A stretch of DNA of 64,000 nucleotides from assembly GCA_964106915.2 (NCBI GenBank), contig OZ066922.1; one strand, written 5' to 3'. Shown piece by piece: positions 25,748-39,162 of this stretch. The position numbers were made by a program, and so were the translations under genes. Position 1 is the stretch's first letter; each line of letters begins with the position of its first letter. The DNA comes from Podarcis gaigeae (taxonomy: Eukaryota). The notes beneath the pieces were generated by a model. That model was not told the DNA's origin. It was given only the letters and a program-made list of their open reading frames with translations, and made no database searches.

Positions 25748-27589
25748 AAGCTTTGGTTTTTCAGATGTTGCTGAACCATAACTCCCATCAGCTCTAGCAA
25801 GCATGGCCAATGTCCAGAGATTGTGGGAGTTGTAGATCAGAGACATCTGCTTTAAAGGGATAAGGCACCATATCTAGGTGCAGTTCCATTTTGCAAAGGA
25901 CATTTTCCCCCCTGTTTGGAGAGGACTTTTGTACAGATGGGGAAAACAAACATGGTCCTCTTCATATGACAAAGTTCTGCAAGTATTGATTTGGGGCCAC
26001 AACTGTACATCTTTAGAAGCAACTGCCCATTGCTGTCATGCCCACCTGTAGCAAAATAGGCACACTATCGAAATGGTTCAAAATCATCCCAAATAATAGT
26101 AAACACGCACCAAAGTGGGGGAGGGGGGACATTCGCTCAAGGCGCAGTATGTGGCCCCCCAGGCCTCTCCCCAGGTCACATTCCCTCTCAAGCCACACCC
26201 CCTCACCTCCTCACTTTGTACACTCCTTGAGTGTTTTTGTTTGGTTGGAATGTGACCTTGAACTCTGACAATGCTTATTGCTTGAAGGACAGAAAGGCAT
26301 CCCACCACTAGCATCAAATGTGATCCTTGGGCCTTATCCCTTCACTAAGGGATACAAAGCTCCCCCCTCTCATTATAATAATTTATGCTGGCTGCACAAC
26401 TTCAAAAGGAAACAATGCTCCTGTATCTTCCATTGTTGTTCTTAACTGAGTAATCAACAGCTACACAATTGCCTCAAAGAGATGGGCAGTAAAAAAAAAA
26501 AAAACAGCACAAAAAGCAGCTAAAAACACAAAGAATCAGCCAGTGCATTTAAAACAGAACAAAACAATACTTTTGATACTCATGGCAAAGAGTATCCACC
26601 CACATATTCCAGTGCAGGGGGAAATGTTGTTGGACTCAAATTTCCATCAGGCCTAGCTAGAATGGCCAGTGTCCAGGAATGATGGAAGCTGTATTTCAAC
26701 AACATCTAGAAGGTACCACATTGGCTACTGTTGTTTAAATGTCTATCAATGTACATCTTTGGGACCGAACAAAAATTACAAGATGTTTATAATGGGAAAG
26801 CTACATTTAAAAGCCAGAAGTCTGGTTCTTTCATGGGCTCATCTCTGGTTGCTATGTTTGCCATTTCCACCAACAAAGGTGTGCGGAAACACACAGTTAT
26901 CTTCTTAAGCTTGATAATGTGATCTGGATGGCTAGGAGTGAGCAAGAGAGAGATGGAGACTCTTGTCAAAAGGGCCTGTAAGTACATTTAACATGGCAGT
27001 CTGATTCATCCCAAAGCTAGACCATTTTGTCGAGCAGATTTCTTCATTTCGGATGGATCTGGGACATTTAATACACTTACAGGTTTGTTTGTTTTTTTAA
27101 AAAAAGGCATTTAGTAGCCTTGGAGCCACTTATTTTTTTCGTCTGAGAAATAAAAAAATAAGTACTCCTTTTACACAAGCAACACACCTTACAACACAAT
27201 GCTATAAAAGTCTACTCAGAAGTAAATACCATTCAGTTCAGTGGGACTGTATGTTGGCCTGCAGTTTCAAAGTCCTATTTCAAAAGCCCAAGCAATAGCA
27301 TGTTAACCATAGGAATATAAACAATGAATTACTAGTGTGCAGAGAAACATATCAGCTGAATACTGCCATTTTGTGAAAAAAGAATTACACATTATTTTAT
27401 GTTCAATATTCCTGCTGTTCATGCCTCTTCAGCTTTATCAGACAGTGATTTGATGCTGTTGCATGAATTGATTCTCCAGATGTCTACTAACATTTTCTTC
27501 CACCTTTAAGGGCATTTCTTTAAAAAAAAAAAAAAAACAGCAGCAACCCAATTCATAGCATTCTTTGAATTATTATTTTTTAAGCTGAT

Positions 27590-27591
<2 letters not shown>

Positions 27592-27625
<34 letters not shown>
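27592..27625. repeat. (CA)n microsatellite
   Basis: Direct sequence. Confidence 0.97.
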
Positions 27626-27627
<2 letters not shown>

Positions 27628-27706
27628 CTTTTCACTTATACACCACAAGGCAGCATAGGGCACAATGTAAAAAGCACAAAGCATGTTCTCCTTCATGGAG
27701 AGCACG

Positions 27707-28493
27707 TGTTGTGGTGGGGTCTGCTGAGCCACCCCTCTGTTACCAGGCAGGGTCTCTAAAGATGGCCTGGGGCAGTGATTGGTTCACTGGGTTGCTGGGG
27801 TAAAAGTTATGATGCAATTTTGGTGGGAGGGGTAAAATGTTTAAATACTCTGCATGCAGCCTGGAGCTTTCTCTTTGCTGTGTGCAACGGATCACCCGCC
27901 CACCCGCCCTTGAGTAAGGGGTTGTTGCTTTGACCTTGCTATGCCTGTCATGGGGTCGTCTGCTTTGGAGCGGGGGCCTGGTAGGAATTTTGTCCATCTG
28001 GCTGATTGGCTGGGCCATTTGGTTTTTGCCTACTGCGTAGCAAATAGTCACAACTTGTAAGGTTGCGGTTAGGCATTGGTTATAAATTGGTGGAGGAGGG
28101 GTTAGGATAGGCTGGGCCTGCCCCTCCATGGTTGCTGCGGAAAGGGAATTCCGTTAAAGGAATCCTGGGGCTTGCCATCTTTTCGTCCAATCCCTGGAAT
28201 GGGACTAGGGCCGGCAAGCCTTCGGGGAGCAGGCGGGTGAGAGTTGAGGGTCTGTGTCTCAGCTCCAATTCTTCCCCAACTTGCTTTCCCCCGCACTGTC
28301 TTTCGGTGGTGCCCGGAAGTCAGTTCTGTCCCCAGGCGGGGGGACAGATAGTCTTAACCAATGCCTAAACAACCACTCACGGTTTTGTATTTAAATAAAG
28401 TTGTGGCCAAAATTATGCCAAAAACCTTAAACAAAAATTAAGTGTGCGTTGTGAGTTATTTGGGGGGTGGCTTGGGGACCTCGACACGCAACA
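27707..28493 (+). mobile_element. ~790-bp non-coding retroelement-like sequence (DIRS/Ngaro-derived or LTR-like)
   Basis: GC/CpG-rich block in AT-rich flanks; TGTTG...CAACA ends; TATA-like TTTAAATA (~27840); AATAAAGTTGTGGCC (~28394); 14-bp internal inverted repeat; no TSD found. Confidence 0.55.
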
Positions 28494-29326
28494 AGACTGT
28501 TTTAATTTAACAATTTTTTGTGTGGCTCAGCCTTACCTATTTTGGAAAGTGGTTTCATCAACCCATGCTATATACCATTCTCCTTAGCCTAATGATACTA
28601 TCTGAAAAATCTGAAAGCTATATTGGAGAGTCACATATCAGTTTAGCAGGGGCTGTTGCCATATGAGTCAGGCATAGTTAAAATGTCATATTGCATTGGG
28701 AAACTGGCAGCCACTGATTTTACTACAATCCTCCTGCTGCAAAAAAACACACCAAACACCATTAAATTAAGACGGAGCTTTCCTGCAGCATACACATACT
28801 TTTGTGAGCCTAAGGATATATCTTCAAAGCAAATGGAAATTTTTATCACTGGTATCAAGGTAATTGGCTCCCTGTAAATGCCTAAGATTACTAGGAAGAT
28901 AAATGACAGGTTTGGAAAGGCATCTTGTTCTTGGGACAGTGCCAATTCAAATCACAAATATAACAGAAATAGGCTTGAAATTTTTTAGAAAAGATCCCCC
29001 CCCCCCAACTGCAAAATGACAGTCAGTTATAACTGCTTCTGGGCTGAACCTTTTCACCAAGCTAACAACACTTCAGCCATTCAAATGAGGGTGGGAGTGA
29101 AGAAAAAGCTCTCCCCCCCCCATAGCTTTTTCAGATAAATTTCATGGAGCAGGGAAGGGCTGCACCTACCCCATTAACTGAACAAGGTAGTGAAGGGGTT
29201 TTTATTGTCCTTAATTGTTTTCTTTAAAACTCTGTACATGCTCACAGTGCCATTGTTGCATAGTCTCCAGGGTGTTCAAAGAAGAAGTGTAATGTTGGAA
29301 GTCTGTTTGCAAAGAGCCCCCAGCCA

Positions 29327-29546
29327 TAAAAGGGACCCCTGACCATTAGGTCCAGTCATGATCGACTTTGGGGTTGCAGCGCTCATTTCACTTTACTGGC
29401 CGAGGGAGCTGGCGTACAGCTTCTGGGTCATGTGGCCAGCATGACTAAGCCGCTTCTGGCGAACCAGAGCAGCGCACGGAAACGCCGTTTACCTTCCCGC
29501 CGGAACAGTACCTATTTATCTACTTGCACTTTGACGTGCTTTCGAA
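29327..29546 (-). mobile_element. Sauria SINE, 5'-truncated
   Basis: aaagggacccctgaccattaggtccagtc ... ggtcatgtggccagcatgactaagccgc ... ctacttgcac. Confidence 0.9.
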
Positions 29547-29637
29547 ACATGCAGGGCTTTAAAAACTGTGTTAAGGGCAATAAGGACACATCAACCACTT
29601 CACACGGTTAATAAGTGCAAAAATAAAATCAAAACTA

Positions 29638-29867
29638 CAGTGGTACCTCGGGTTACAGATACTTTAGGTTACAGACGCTTCAGGTTACAGACTCTGGTAA
29701 CCCAGAAATAGTACCTCGGGTTAAGAACTTTGCTTCAGGATGAGAACAGAAATCGCGTGGTGGCAGCGGGAGGCCCCGTTAGCTAAAGTGGTACCTCAGG
29801 TTAAGAACAGTTTCAGGTTAAGAACGGACCTCCAGAACGAATTAAGTTTGTAACCAAGGTACCACAG
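29638..29867. mobile_element. Tigger-like MITE, copy 3
   Basis: TA|CAGTGGTACCTCGGGTTAC ... AGGTACCACAG|TA. Confidence 0.9.
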
Positions 29868-29949
29868 TATCCTGAAAGCTTAAGGAGCTCTCTTGATTCC
29901 ACAGTAGATGTAAACACCCACAAATTTAGGTAACAATATTCCCTACACC

Positions 29950-30089
29950 CAGTGCTATTTTTCTAGAAAAAGAGGTGCTGGAGCTCACCATGAACATCTC
30001 CCTTGTTCTCCTATAATAGCAATGGCACCCACCTGAGTAGCGCAGGAACTGAGTTGTGGTGAGTTCCTTTAAAAAAAATAAAAACTCTG
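29950..30089. mobile_element. hAT MITE with 8-bp TSD (7/8 match)
   Basis: CAGTGCTATTTT...AAAAACTCTG; TSD CCTACACC (29942-29949) / ACTACACC (30090-30097). Confidence 0.75.
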
Positions 30090-30691
30090 ACTACACCTGT
30101 AACCAAAACACATTGCCATTTCAACCTGACACAGCTGATAGCAGCTCACATGATTGTGTGATATGTTTTCAGCATCACAGCAAGGGGACAGCTACTCTCC
30201 GATAGCGACCCCTGATTGCAGCGAGTTCTTATCCATCACTAAATGCCTCCATTCAAGCCAGAGCAACTATATTTCAGCCAAGATTTACTACCCAAACTGC
30301 GGAATACATCACTAGGATGTAGGGCTACACTGACCTATTTATAAAAGCCCCTTTCAGGTAAGGATAATATGAGGAGGGGAAGGCAGCAAGAAGGCTTCCC
30401 CGGTTGCAAGAGGTGACACTGCAGCGCCAGTGGGTGCCAACATGCCCAACAGTACCTCCTATGGTGCCCACAAAAACTTCAGTAAATATCCACTCCAAAG
30501 ATGCACAGTAACAAGAGACTATTGGTCCTTCAGCTCAGTTCTTGTCTGCACTGACTCCACCCCTCCTACATGGATACTGCTTTCACATGCCCCCACAGCA
30601 GCCATTTTGCGTTATGCCACATTCCCATGGCAGCCAATTAGTGACTGGTGTCCATGGCTATGGTGCATATTTTTAAAGTGAAAATCCAGAT

Positions 30692-30922
30692 ACAAAGGTT
30701 GTAGAACTTTTTTTTTTAGTTTTTAGTTTTGCCCCATTGGGCTTTTTTGGGGCAAAAACGCAAAAAAAATTGAAGTTTTTGAGATATTTTTAAGGGAAAT
30801 CACAAAAAATGACACTGCCCACATGGATTTTCCCAGACATTTTAGTGAATTCTGCCAGGACACTGCTTCCAACTGCAGTATTCTAGCTATGTCTGGGAAA
30901 TTCCAGACATATGGCAACACTG
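30692..30922. mobile_element. Probable hAT-like MITE fragment
   Basis: Ends ...ccagacatatggcaacactg (CAGTGTTGCCATA-type terminus) with subterminal CCAGACA repeats. Confidence 0.45.
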
Positions 30923-33382
30923 TCCATGACACTTTCTTAAAATTTCAAATCAGCTCACTGACCCAAAATGGTTGACAGCTCCTGCCTTTTTATTATTATT
31001 ATTATTACAATGTATTACCCACCCCTTACCCCAAGGTCTCAGGGTAGGTTATAATTTATCATGTGAGAGTGCTTGTAGGAAGGGGATGGTATTCGAAGCA
31101 CGAGTCATTTAAGGCTTTAAACACCAATGTGAACACCTTGAATTAGGCCTGCAGCTGTTTTAAAACAGAGGCTATATGAGATCTGAAGATAACGCCAACC
31201 AGTGTTTGGCCACTGTACTACACTGAGAAAGAGACACTCTCATTCTCTTCAACTGCCCTGCTTTGAGCTGGACATTTCAGAATTACAGAAGCCATCCTGG
31301 CTTCTGATTGGATCCCGGGTGTCCTGTTTTGACTTCTGCACAACTGTGGCTACATGATTTGGGGAGTCATGCCCTTGTGTGTATCACCCAGCTTCCACAA
31401 GAGCACAACCCCCAAATACACATGTCCCTATTTTCCTCTGTAGCATGTTGGAGGGTATGCATCCATGCTTACAGGTGTGCAGGGAAGAGGTGCTCTCTGG
31501 GACTTTCTGTGCATGCATGGTTTCATGCATAGCTCAGGAGACATGCCTTTCACTACAATGCCACCTCTCCCTTACATGTCCGTTCTCATATTTTGAATGC
31601 CTGGAAAAGGAGTACAGTCTCAGGTTCATTTTTTACATGGAACTATGTGTCACCACCAATTTCAGGCAAGATTGTGCAGATTGTGGATAATGTCTTGCTC
31701 AAAATGGACACGATCTTGTCCCAAAGTGCACCAGCACTTCTCCAACACTGGTGGAGGCAGCAGGGCAGGCAGAGCACTCATGGGCGTACCACCAGGGGAG
31801 CTTCTGCCACCTGAGGCAGCGTCCTCACCCTGCCTAATGGCTGGACCGGCTCTGGTTTAGTGGGTATCCTTGGGTCAGTCACTGTCTCTTAGCCCAACCT
31901 ACCACACAGGGTTGTTTTAAGGATAATATGGGGATTGGGAGAAACCATGCACATACATAAGCTTGAGCTCCAAGGATGAAAGGTGGGATATCAGTGTAAT
32001 GACAAAGAGTGGGCCTCAGGTGCTGTCTAGGGGTCCGCCTCAGTTTAACACCCAGTCACCCAGAAGCTCTTGCCAAGTTTCTAGTCAATCATCAGCTTCT
32101 TTGGATATAGCAACAAGACTGCATTGTAGATGCTAAGTACAGAGAATAGTCCAAATGAGCAATCCTTTACCACAGAAAGCTAGATTAATTGTGATCTGGC
32201 ATATGTATTATAGTCTTTGCAAAAGCTGAGCAGGGTAAGCTGACTTTGAGTTACTGCAAATGAAACATAATTTCCTTTTACCATTCCCTTACAATTGTGT
32301 AAGACATACACGCCAAATCCATTCCCTTTAAATGATGGCTTACTGCAGCCCGATAATTTTTCTTCCCTTAACTCATTTAGGTGATATCTTTCTTCTCTCC
32401 TGGCACCAGCTCACTGTCTTGTACGCACATACCATCATTTGTTCCAAAACACACTTGGAATTTCAATGCGTTCCATTTCTTTTTAGAATACAGTGTTTCT
32501 GCGATTAACTTCTACAAGCAACACACTATTTTAACTTTACTTTGTGTCAGATCACCAGGAAACCTGAACTGGAATGCCAGGTTTGCAATTAACGGTGCTA
32601 CAATAAAGAACTTCATCCGCACACAATGACATAGACAGTTTTCACAATGTTAATTCTGTAATGCGCTGAGTTAATGCCGTTTGCTAAATTCAGAATGCTT
32701 TCCCCTCCCTCGTGCTCCTTCAATTATAAGGTGAGTTATTGAGATGTAAGCTAATATGTTTAGTCAAAGTTGTTCAAGGATAGCTAAAGCTCAGGAATGA
32801 AAGGAAGGAGGATAATAATCTTAAACACATTTATTTAGACGTAAGCTACCTTGAAATCAATACAGACTTATTTCCAAGGGTTTAGGTGTTTTTAAAAAAT
32901 GAGAGAGGTTATCAAGGGTATAATTATATTAAAATTCATACTATTCACAGACTGAAAACTGTGACGAATTCAATTGCACTTGAATCACATGGCACACTGA
33001 CTTATACAAATGGGTTCCCACCCACTGTTGACTATAATAACCTCTTTGATTTTTTTTTTTTAAGAAACCTCTCATTTACTAATTGTTTTATACTTTTTTT
33101 GGTTAGGGGAAAAACTTTTTATTTTATATTTAGAAACATGGCGTGAGCTTTTAAACAGTGGGTTTTCGCCAAGCAAACCTACATCAGACATCATTGAATA
33201 GTTAGCCACACAGACCTGATGCATGTATTTCCTCCCTGTTCTCTTGAGATGCTCTTTGGCTTTTCAGAATCAGATAAGTGCAAGGCCACAACCTCAGACC
33301 CAGAGATTAACAAAATAATTTACATTCTTCTGATTCAGGCCAAAGACCCATCTAGCCCATGATTCTCAGCTAAAGCAACCAT

Positions 33383-33495
33383 GACAGATGACCATCCAAT
33401 CTCTGCTTAAAAGCCTCCATTGAAGGAGAGTCCACCACATTCTGAGGGAGTCTGTGCTGCTGTTGAACATCTTTTAGTATCAGGAAGAACTTCCA
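33383..33495 (-). mobile_element. Decayed CR1 ORF2 3' fragment
   Basis: Reverse-complement similarity to the 39390-39500 CR1 segment. Confidence 0.7.
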
Positions 33496-36400
33496 CGAAT
33501 GCTTTAATTGATAGTCCTGCATAACAGGGGGTTGGACTAAAAGGTATCCTCAGGGAACCCCACAAGATACATAGGATATGACTAAAACAGTGCTTTCCAT
33601 GTTTATATAATTCCTAGAAACTGGTATTCAGAGGCATACTGCCTCCTACAGTGAGAAACCTCCTCCATGGTGGTTTTTTGTTGTTGTTGTTTTAAGCCAT
33701 ACAAAGTGGCTGGTTGAAATAGATCCCAGGTTACAGGTGAATCTTGAGGGGGGTTCTTTGTCCTCAGATTCTTCACACCCATCTTGAATTTGGAAGCTCA
33801 CTCATCTTGAACTTTTGCTTCAACTCTGCCCCATCTACAATAAAAACGATGGTTGATGTGCTCAGGGCCACTCTTTCGGCTTGGTTCTTCTACCCAAGGA
33901 CAAAATACACCCACATCTCCATATTATGCTGGAAAGGTCATATGCATGGAATAATCACAGAAATGAGGAACTTGATGCCACCCAGATATTAATAGACGAG
34001 AACTCCTATTATGAGTGATCATGGACCATGCTGGCTAGGGCTGGTGAGAGTTGAGAAACATCTGTAGGGGCATAAGTTTCCCACCCCTTATCTATGGGGT
34101 GCTCCTTCAACTCTAATGAAAGCTGAAAAGATACACTTTCTTCCAAATCATTTGCATAAGGGGAAGAATAAAATCAGCATCATTTTATGGATGAGTGGAG
34201 ACTGTTAATCCTGGAACCTTCTGCATGAAAAGTGGATGAGCTGCAGCCCCTCATCTCACTGCCATCCCAGAAATACCCAGGAAGTAAGATATGAGCACAG
34301 GGAACCTTCCACTTTATTAGTGCAAATTTTATGTGATAAATTATAAAGGCCGATGAGTTTTTAAAGAACCGCATCTGCATGAATGAACTCAGCAAAACAC
34401 AGCGCTATGGAAAAGGCGAGTAGAAATGCCATTTCAAAAAGTTGACCCCCATCACTCTGTGAGCAGCTAAATGTTCCAGCAGCTCTTAGTAGGTGTTTCA
34501 GCAAATACCAGAATTTAATTACTATTTTTCTTTGTCCTTTGCAGGTCATGGACTTCTCACTCAGATACCTCAGAATTTAATGTGATGGTAAGATGAATAA
34601 CACTTCTGTACCTGAAAAATCTGTAATGGAAAAATGGTACGTTAGGAAATGGTGGCTACAATATTGTCCTATAAAAAGTAAAGCTGCTTTTATATTTGCT
34701 TTCTTGCTATTCCTGTAGTCTGAGTGATGCTGGTGAAAACAGTCATTCCGGACTCACAGCTAGGAATAAGAAAAATACTCCCATGTTAAACAGATGTCTT
34801 TCTTCCCCATTTTCCTCTATGATCTCATGGCCACAGGCAAGGGTAAGTCTAAGATGATCTCTTGCTTTAGGCTACACTTGACAAGGCAATCTAAGTTTGT
34901 AATCTATAACTCTTTTGGAGTCTATTCTATGCCCCCTACAGTCTTGTATCATACCTCAAAGTCTATCCAGTGCTATTTCAACATGAAGAAGTTTTATCTC
35001 ACCCTCACAAATAGTGTGTGTAAATATATAACACTATATCTTATTCAGCGTATTATTTAAAAAACCTTATAAATAACAAAACCCAATAGAGTAGAAAACC
35101 TATGCTGCATTATTACTATTTGATTGATATATCTTGTGCAGCTCAAGTTAGAAAGGTGAAATAGGAACTATTAGAATCCCTCCTTTCCGCATCATAGAAT
35201 CATCATTGTTATTATAATTTGTATTACTGTGATTCTTTCATGCAATTCCCCATAAAACCCCATGGGGAAGAGGCTTTGTTTTAACTTTCAAAACAGTTAA
35301 AATAATTTATAATCAGAATAATTGGGTAGTTATATATGAGTTGGGTGCCAAAGGCCAGGGTGCAGGGGTGTGCCTTCAGCATATGACAAAAGCTACACTG
35401 ATACAATGAACACGCTATACAAACTTCTTTAGGGAGGGAATTCCACAGCGTAGGGGCTGCACATGTCCCTCTTGGTGCCTTGAGGTCATCATCTCAAAGG
35501 CTTCTTTGAGTACCCTTGCAAGGCACATGCAGTAGTGCTTGGTGGGATGGGGTTCGGGTGCTTACCTGACCTCCCATCACTTGCAGTGCATATCCTTAAT
35601 GAGAGACAGAGATAGACAGGCAGGGTGTCGTGCAAAAGCATCAGTGGCAGCGCCAGATTGGCTCCACCTAACCACCACCTCTCCTCCTCTGCCTCCTAGA
35701 GTAGCAGCAATGCTGGTGACAGGAGGTCAGGTGACCAGCTTCACCGTGCCCACTGCTACTGGGCACATGGCCCTACATGCAAGGGCCTTTTCAGTATTGC
35801 CTCCACCTCACCTGTGGGATTCCCTCTCCAGAGAGCCTGGCAAATCCTTTTAGGTCTTCCCAGCACTAGGCAAAGATTTACCACTGGCAGAATTGTGGCA
35901 CTTGTGATCATCCTGATGTTAGTGCACTACAACTCTCATAATACCTGATCACTGGCCGTACTGTCTGGGAGATAGAATATAACCACACTGAATATAACCA
36001 ATAGAATATAACCAATCATCCATTCCCCACTCCTGAGTTAATGTATTTAATGGTACAGACTTGCACTTGGCTTCTAAGGAAATGAGAGGCACACATATAC
36101 AGAGACTCTGATTCCCAGCAGAAACCTGTGGTCAGAAAATATTGCATTGCTTGGAGAAAACACTCCCTTCTCCCCACCCTTTATTTCTCTTTTCTGCAAG
36201 ATTTGTCCTCGGTATACATACTGAGCTTTAGTTGTGAGCTTCTGGGAAATAAGTCTATCCTTCCCCTTGGAATGTGACTTGATTTGGAGGCCAGACTTCA
36301 AAATGAACCATTTGTCATGCACTGCACATAGGTAACTGGAATTAAGCCACCACACAGGAGCAGATGAGAGGCCCCACTGCTCAGGAAGTCCCTGTCTTTG

Positions 36401-37105
36401 TTAAGGAGAATTTAGAAGTCCTTGAAAAAGGGACACAGGGTAAAAAAAATAAAAAAGTAAAACAGAATAAAATCATCATCTAGAGAAACTCAATATGCTC
36501 AGGATAAGAAGTTAGGTATCGGGACAGATTGCAGGATTCTTCTACTGCGGAAAGAACAACTGGACTATGAAATGGTTTTGCTAATAAAGCAGCCTTTAAA
36601 AAGGCTAGAGTGTGAGTAATGTACAATTTAAATTATCCAGATAGATAAAAGCTAGATTTCCTCGATTGGAAGCAATAAGACCAGGGGGTACAATGTGCCA
36701 GCAACTGATACGTGACCCAATTCAGAATAACGATCAAATAACAAGAAAGGAAACAATATGAGAATTGCTATCTGGAAACAGAGATGGAGGATTTTGAGGC
36801 ACAGAGAGAGTCACAAAACTGAGCAATGTGGCAATGTGCAGCCTATTTCTTTTGTAGGAAGTAGTAAATGGATATAGCGATGGAGCCATTTGCCCTGTTC
36901 AGGCTCAGAACTGAGCTTAGAGAATTCAAGGTGAGATATAGAATTCAGAGCCCAATTCTTCAATGTCCCAAAATGCTGCCACAAGGGGCATGACAATGTC
37001 TGCTTACTCCCCCAACTTTCTCCAGTAATCCTCCTGAAACAACCCTTTCCCATCACCCACCTGCTTACTTGGCTTGTTGCTCTAGCAGCAGGCATGCCAA
37101 GCTGC

Positions 37106-37230
37106 AAAGAGGCAAAGGGAAATTTAGGGGAGCCTTGGAGGTGCCGCATGGGGCTCCACAACTATGAGGTAGAAACGAAGGTGTCACAGAGGGTGCCACT
37201 GAAATTTGAGACCCCCAAGGTCTACCACTG
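37106..37230. mobile_element. hAT-like MITE, relative of 25571-25747
   Basis: Shared atttaggggag, ccacaactatga and gggtgccactgaaatttgagacccc...ctg. Confidence 0.6.
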
Positions 37231-38619
37231 ACAGGGGAGAAGGAGACCCCCTTCCCTCCTCCTTTAACCAGAGTTGGAAGTACAAGGAAGTTAGTTAGTG
37301 ATGGGGGGGGGGGACAGGGTGAGGGACTTTGGAGGTGGGTGGGTGGGACAGAACTTCTCCAACTCAGCCTATAATCTGTGCCTGAGAAACACTTTAGTGG
37401 CTACAATGCTTTGCAAGCAGATCACATAAGCCTTCAAAAATACATCACAAAGACTTTTAAGATACATTCAAGGGATAAAAGTGTAGACAAGCAAAATCCC
37501 CATTTTGGGGAGTGGGGGTGGGACTCCTCTGAAATCTCAACATCTTAAACATTGGAAAGGGGCGTCTCAGCTGTATGAGCTTGGAAGCCTCTATGTCAAA
37601 GGAGGGGAAGCTTTTCCATCCTGAGGGCTGCATTCCCTTCTAAGAGCTACATGTACAGGGCCAGAGACAAAACGATGTGAGAAACCAGTGCAGATTTTGC
37701 CTTTATACAGTAGCCTAGTTTATGCACACATGCACACTCTCTCTCTCACACACACGCTCTCGCTCTCTCTTCCATCCAGAGAAGCAAGACACACCATCAG
37801 ATTTCAAGGATACATTCCAGCCAGGAAACCCCTCTAAAATACACAGAGTGGAAAGCAGGTCCAGGGAGCAGTGTGGTTGAAGAGAGCTCCATGGGTTAGG
37901 TAGAGAAGCCTGGAAGGTCACATGTAACCCCTTGAGGCTAAATTCCCTATCCTTGTCTACGCAATCAGGAATCCTTTTAAAGACGGGTTCCTGGTTGTTT
38001 TGGAGGCTTCTAAGTTCAATGCACGTGGAAGTCCATTTCAGAACTTCATGCTCCACGTGTGAAGAGCTGAGAGGAGCCATGCTCACAGGGCACTGGAGAT
38101 GGGGCTTGAATACATACCCTGCCCTCCATTCACCCCTTGCATGCTCAGGCAAATGCCTGTACATGGGTCTTCGGCAGTCTTGTTTCCTGCAATCTACACA
38201 ACCATTTACACTACCTCCTCCATTTTAGAAGGTACAGGGATATGTTTGACATTCCAGTGATCTATTTTTCAATACTTTAAACAGCCTCCTACTCAAAACA
38301 AAAATGGTGCATACAAACAGTACATTGAGTACATTGAAAACCTCATGAATAATGTTCTTCCAGAATCTAGTTAACCCTTTGAATAACTGCCACAAAGCTG
38401 GTGGTTTCTGCAGACTTCTCTTGGTACATTTTGAGATAAACCATAATTTGCCTACGGGCTTTAGGTATTTTTTGCAACCCATGTTTCAGGATGGCATACA
38501 TGGGATTTATCCTTGAAGTAGGTTAGGAAGCATCAAGACTGTGCCTTGTTAAGTTGAAAGTAAAGCCAGAGTTAGGGCTAGAGTTGCAAAGTCAAAGAGT
38601 TGAAAGCAGAGGACACATC

Positions 38620-38950
38620 TTTTTTTTTAAAAAAACAAATCCTCATGAAAATTCACTGCATTTTATTGTGAATTTCTCTTAATATTTCTATGCAATTTTG
38701 CATAATATGCCAATTTCTGCAAAGCATTGTCCCCTAAAATAGTGTATTTTTGTGTGTTACTTTCACCAATCTATGCCTTTATGTGGACGCTTTACCGTTG
38801 AATATGTGTTTGTGTATTTGGCTGGACAACTGCATTGTAAAATGCTGAGAAGTGTACATATTGAAGGACGTGTGTGTTTTGGTTCTCAAAGTGTGAATTA
38901 GGTAGGCTTGCCTTGGAATGTGAACTGAATTGAATTTATCCTCATCCCTA
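38620..38950 (-). mobile_element. Old DNA element, inverted relative of 8671-9093
   Basis: Ends aactgaattgaattt...catcccta; body is a reverse-complement homologue. Confidence 0.55.
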
Positions 38951-38979
38951 AAGTAAAGTATCCAGGCCTCACACCATAA

Positions 38980-39162
38980 CATAGCTGTCAACTTTCAGAT
39001 TTGAAAATAAGGGATCAGCAGCCTCGAAAATGAAGGATCAGCAGCCTCACCTGTCCTGAGGACAGTCTACGGGATATCTAACAATCCAGGATAGAAGCGG
39101 GAAGCAGTGGGAAACGGCACTGGAATAAGGGAATTTCCCGCAAAAAAAGGTTGACAGCTATG
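38980..39162. mobile_element. hAT MITE with 13-bp TIR and 8-bp TSD
   Basis: CATAGCTGTCAAC ... GTTGACAGCTATG; TSD CACCATAA at 38972-38979 and 39163-39170; internal 23-bp tandem repeat at 39003-39048. Confidence 0.9.
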
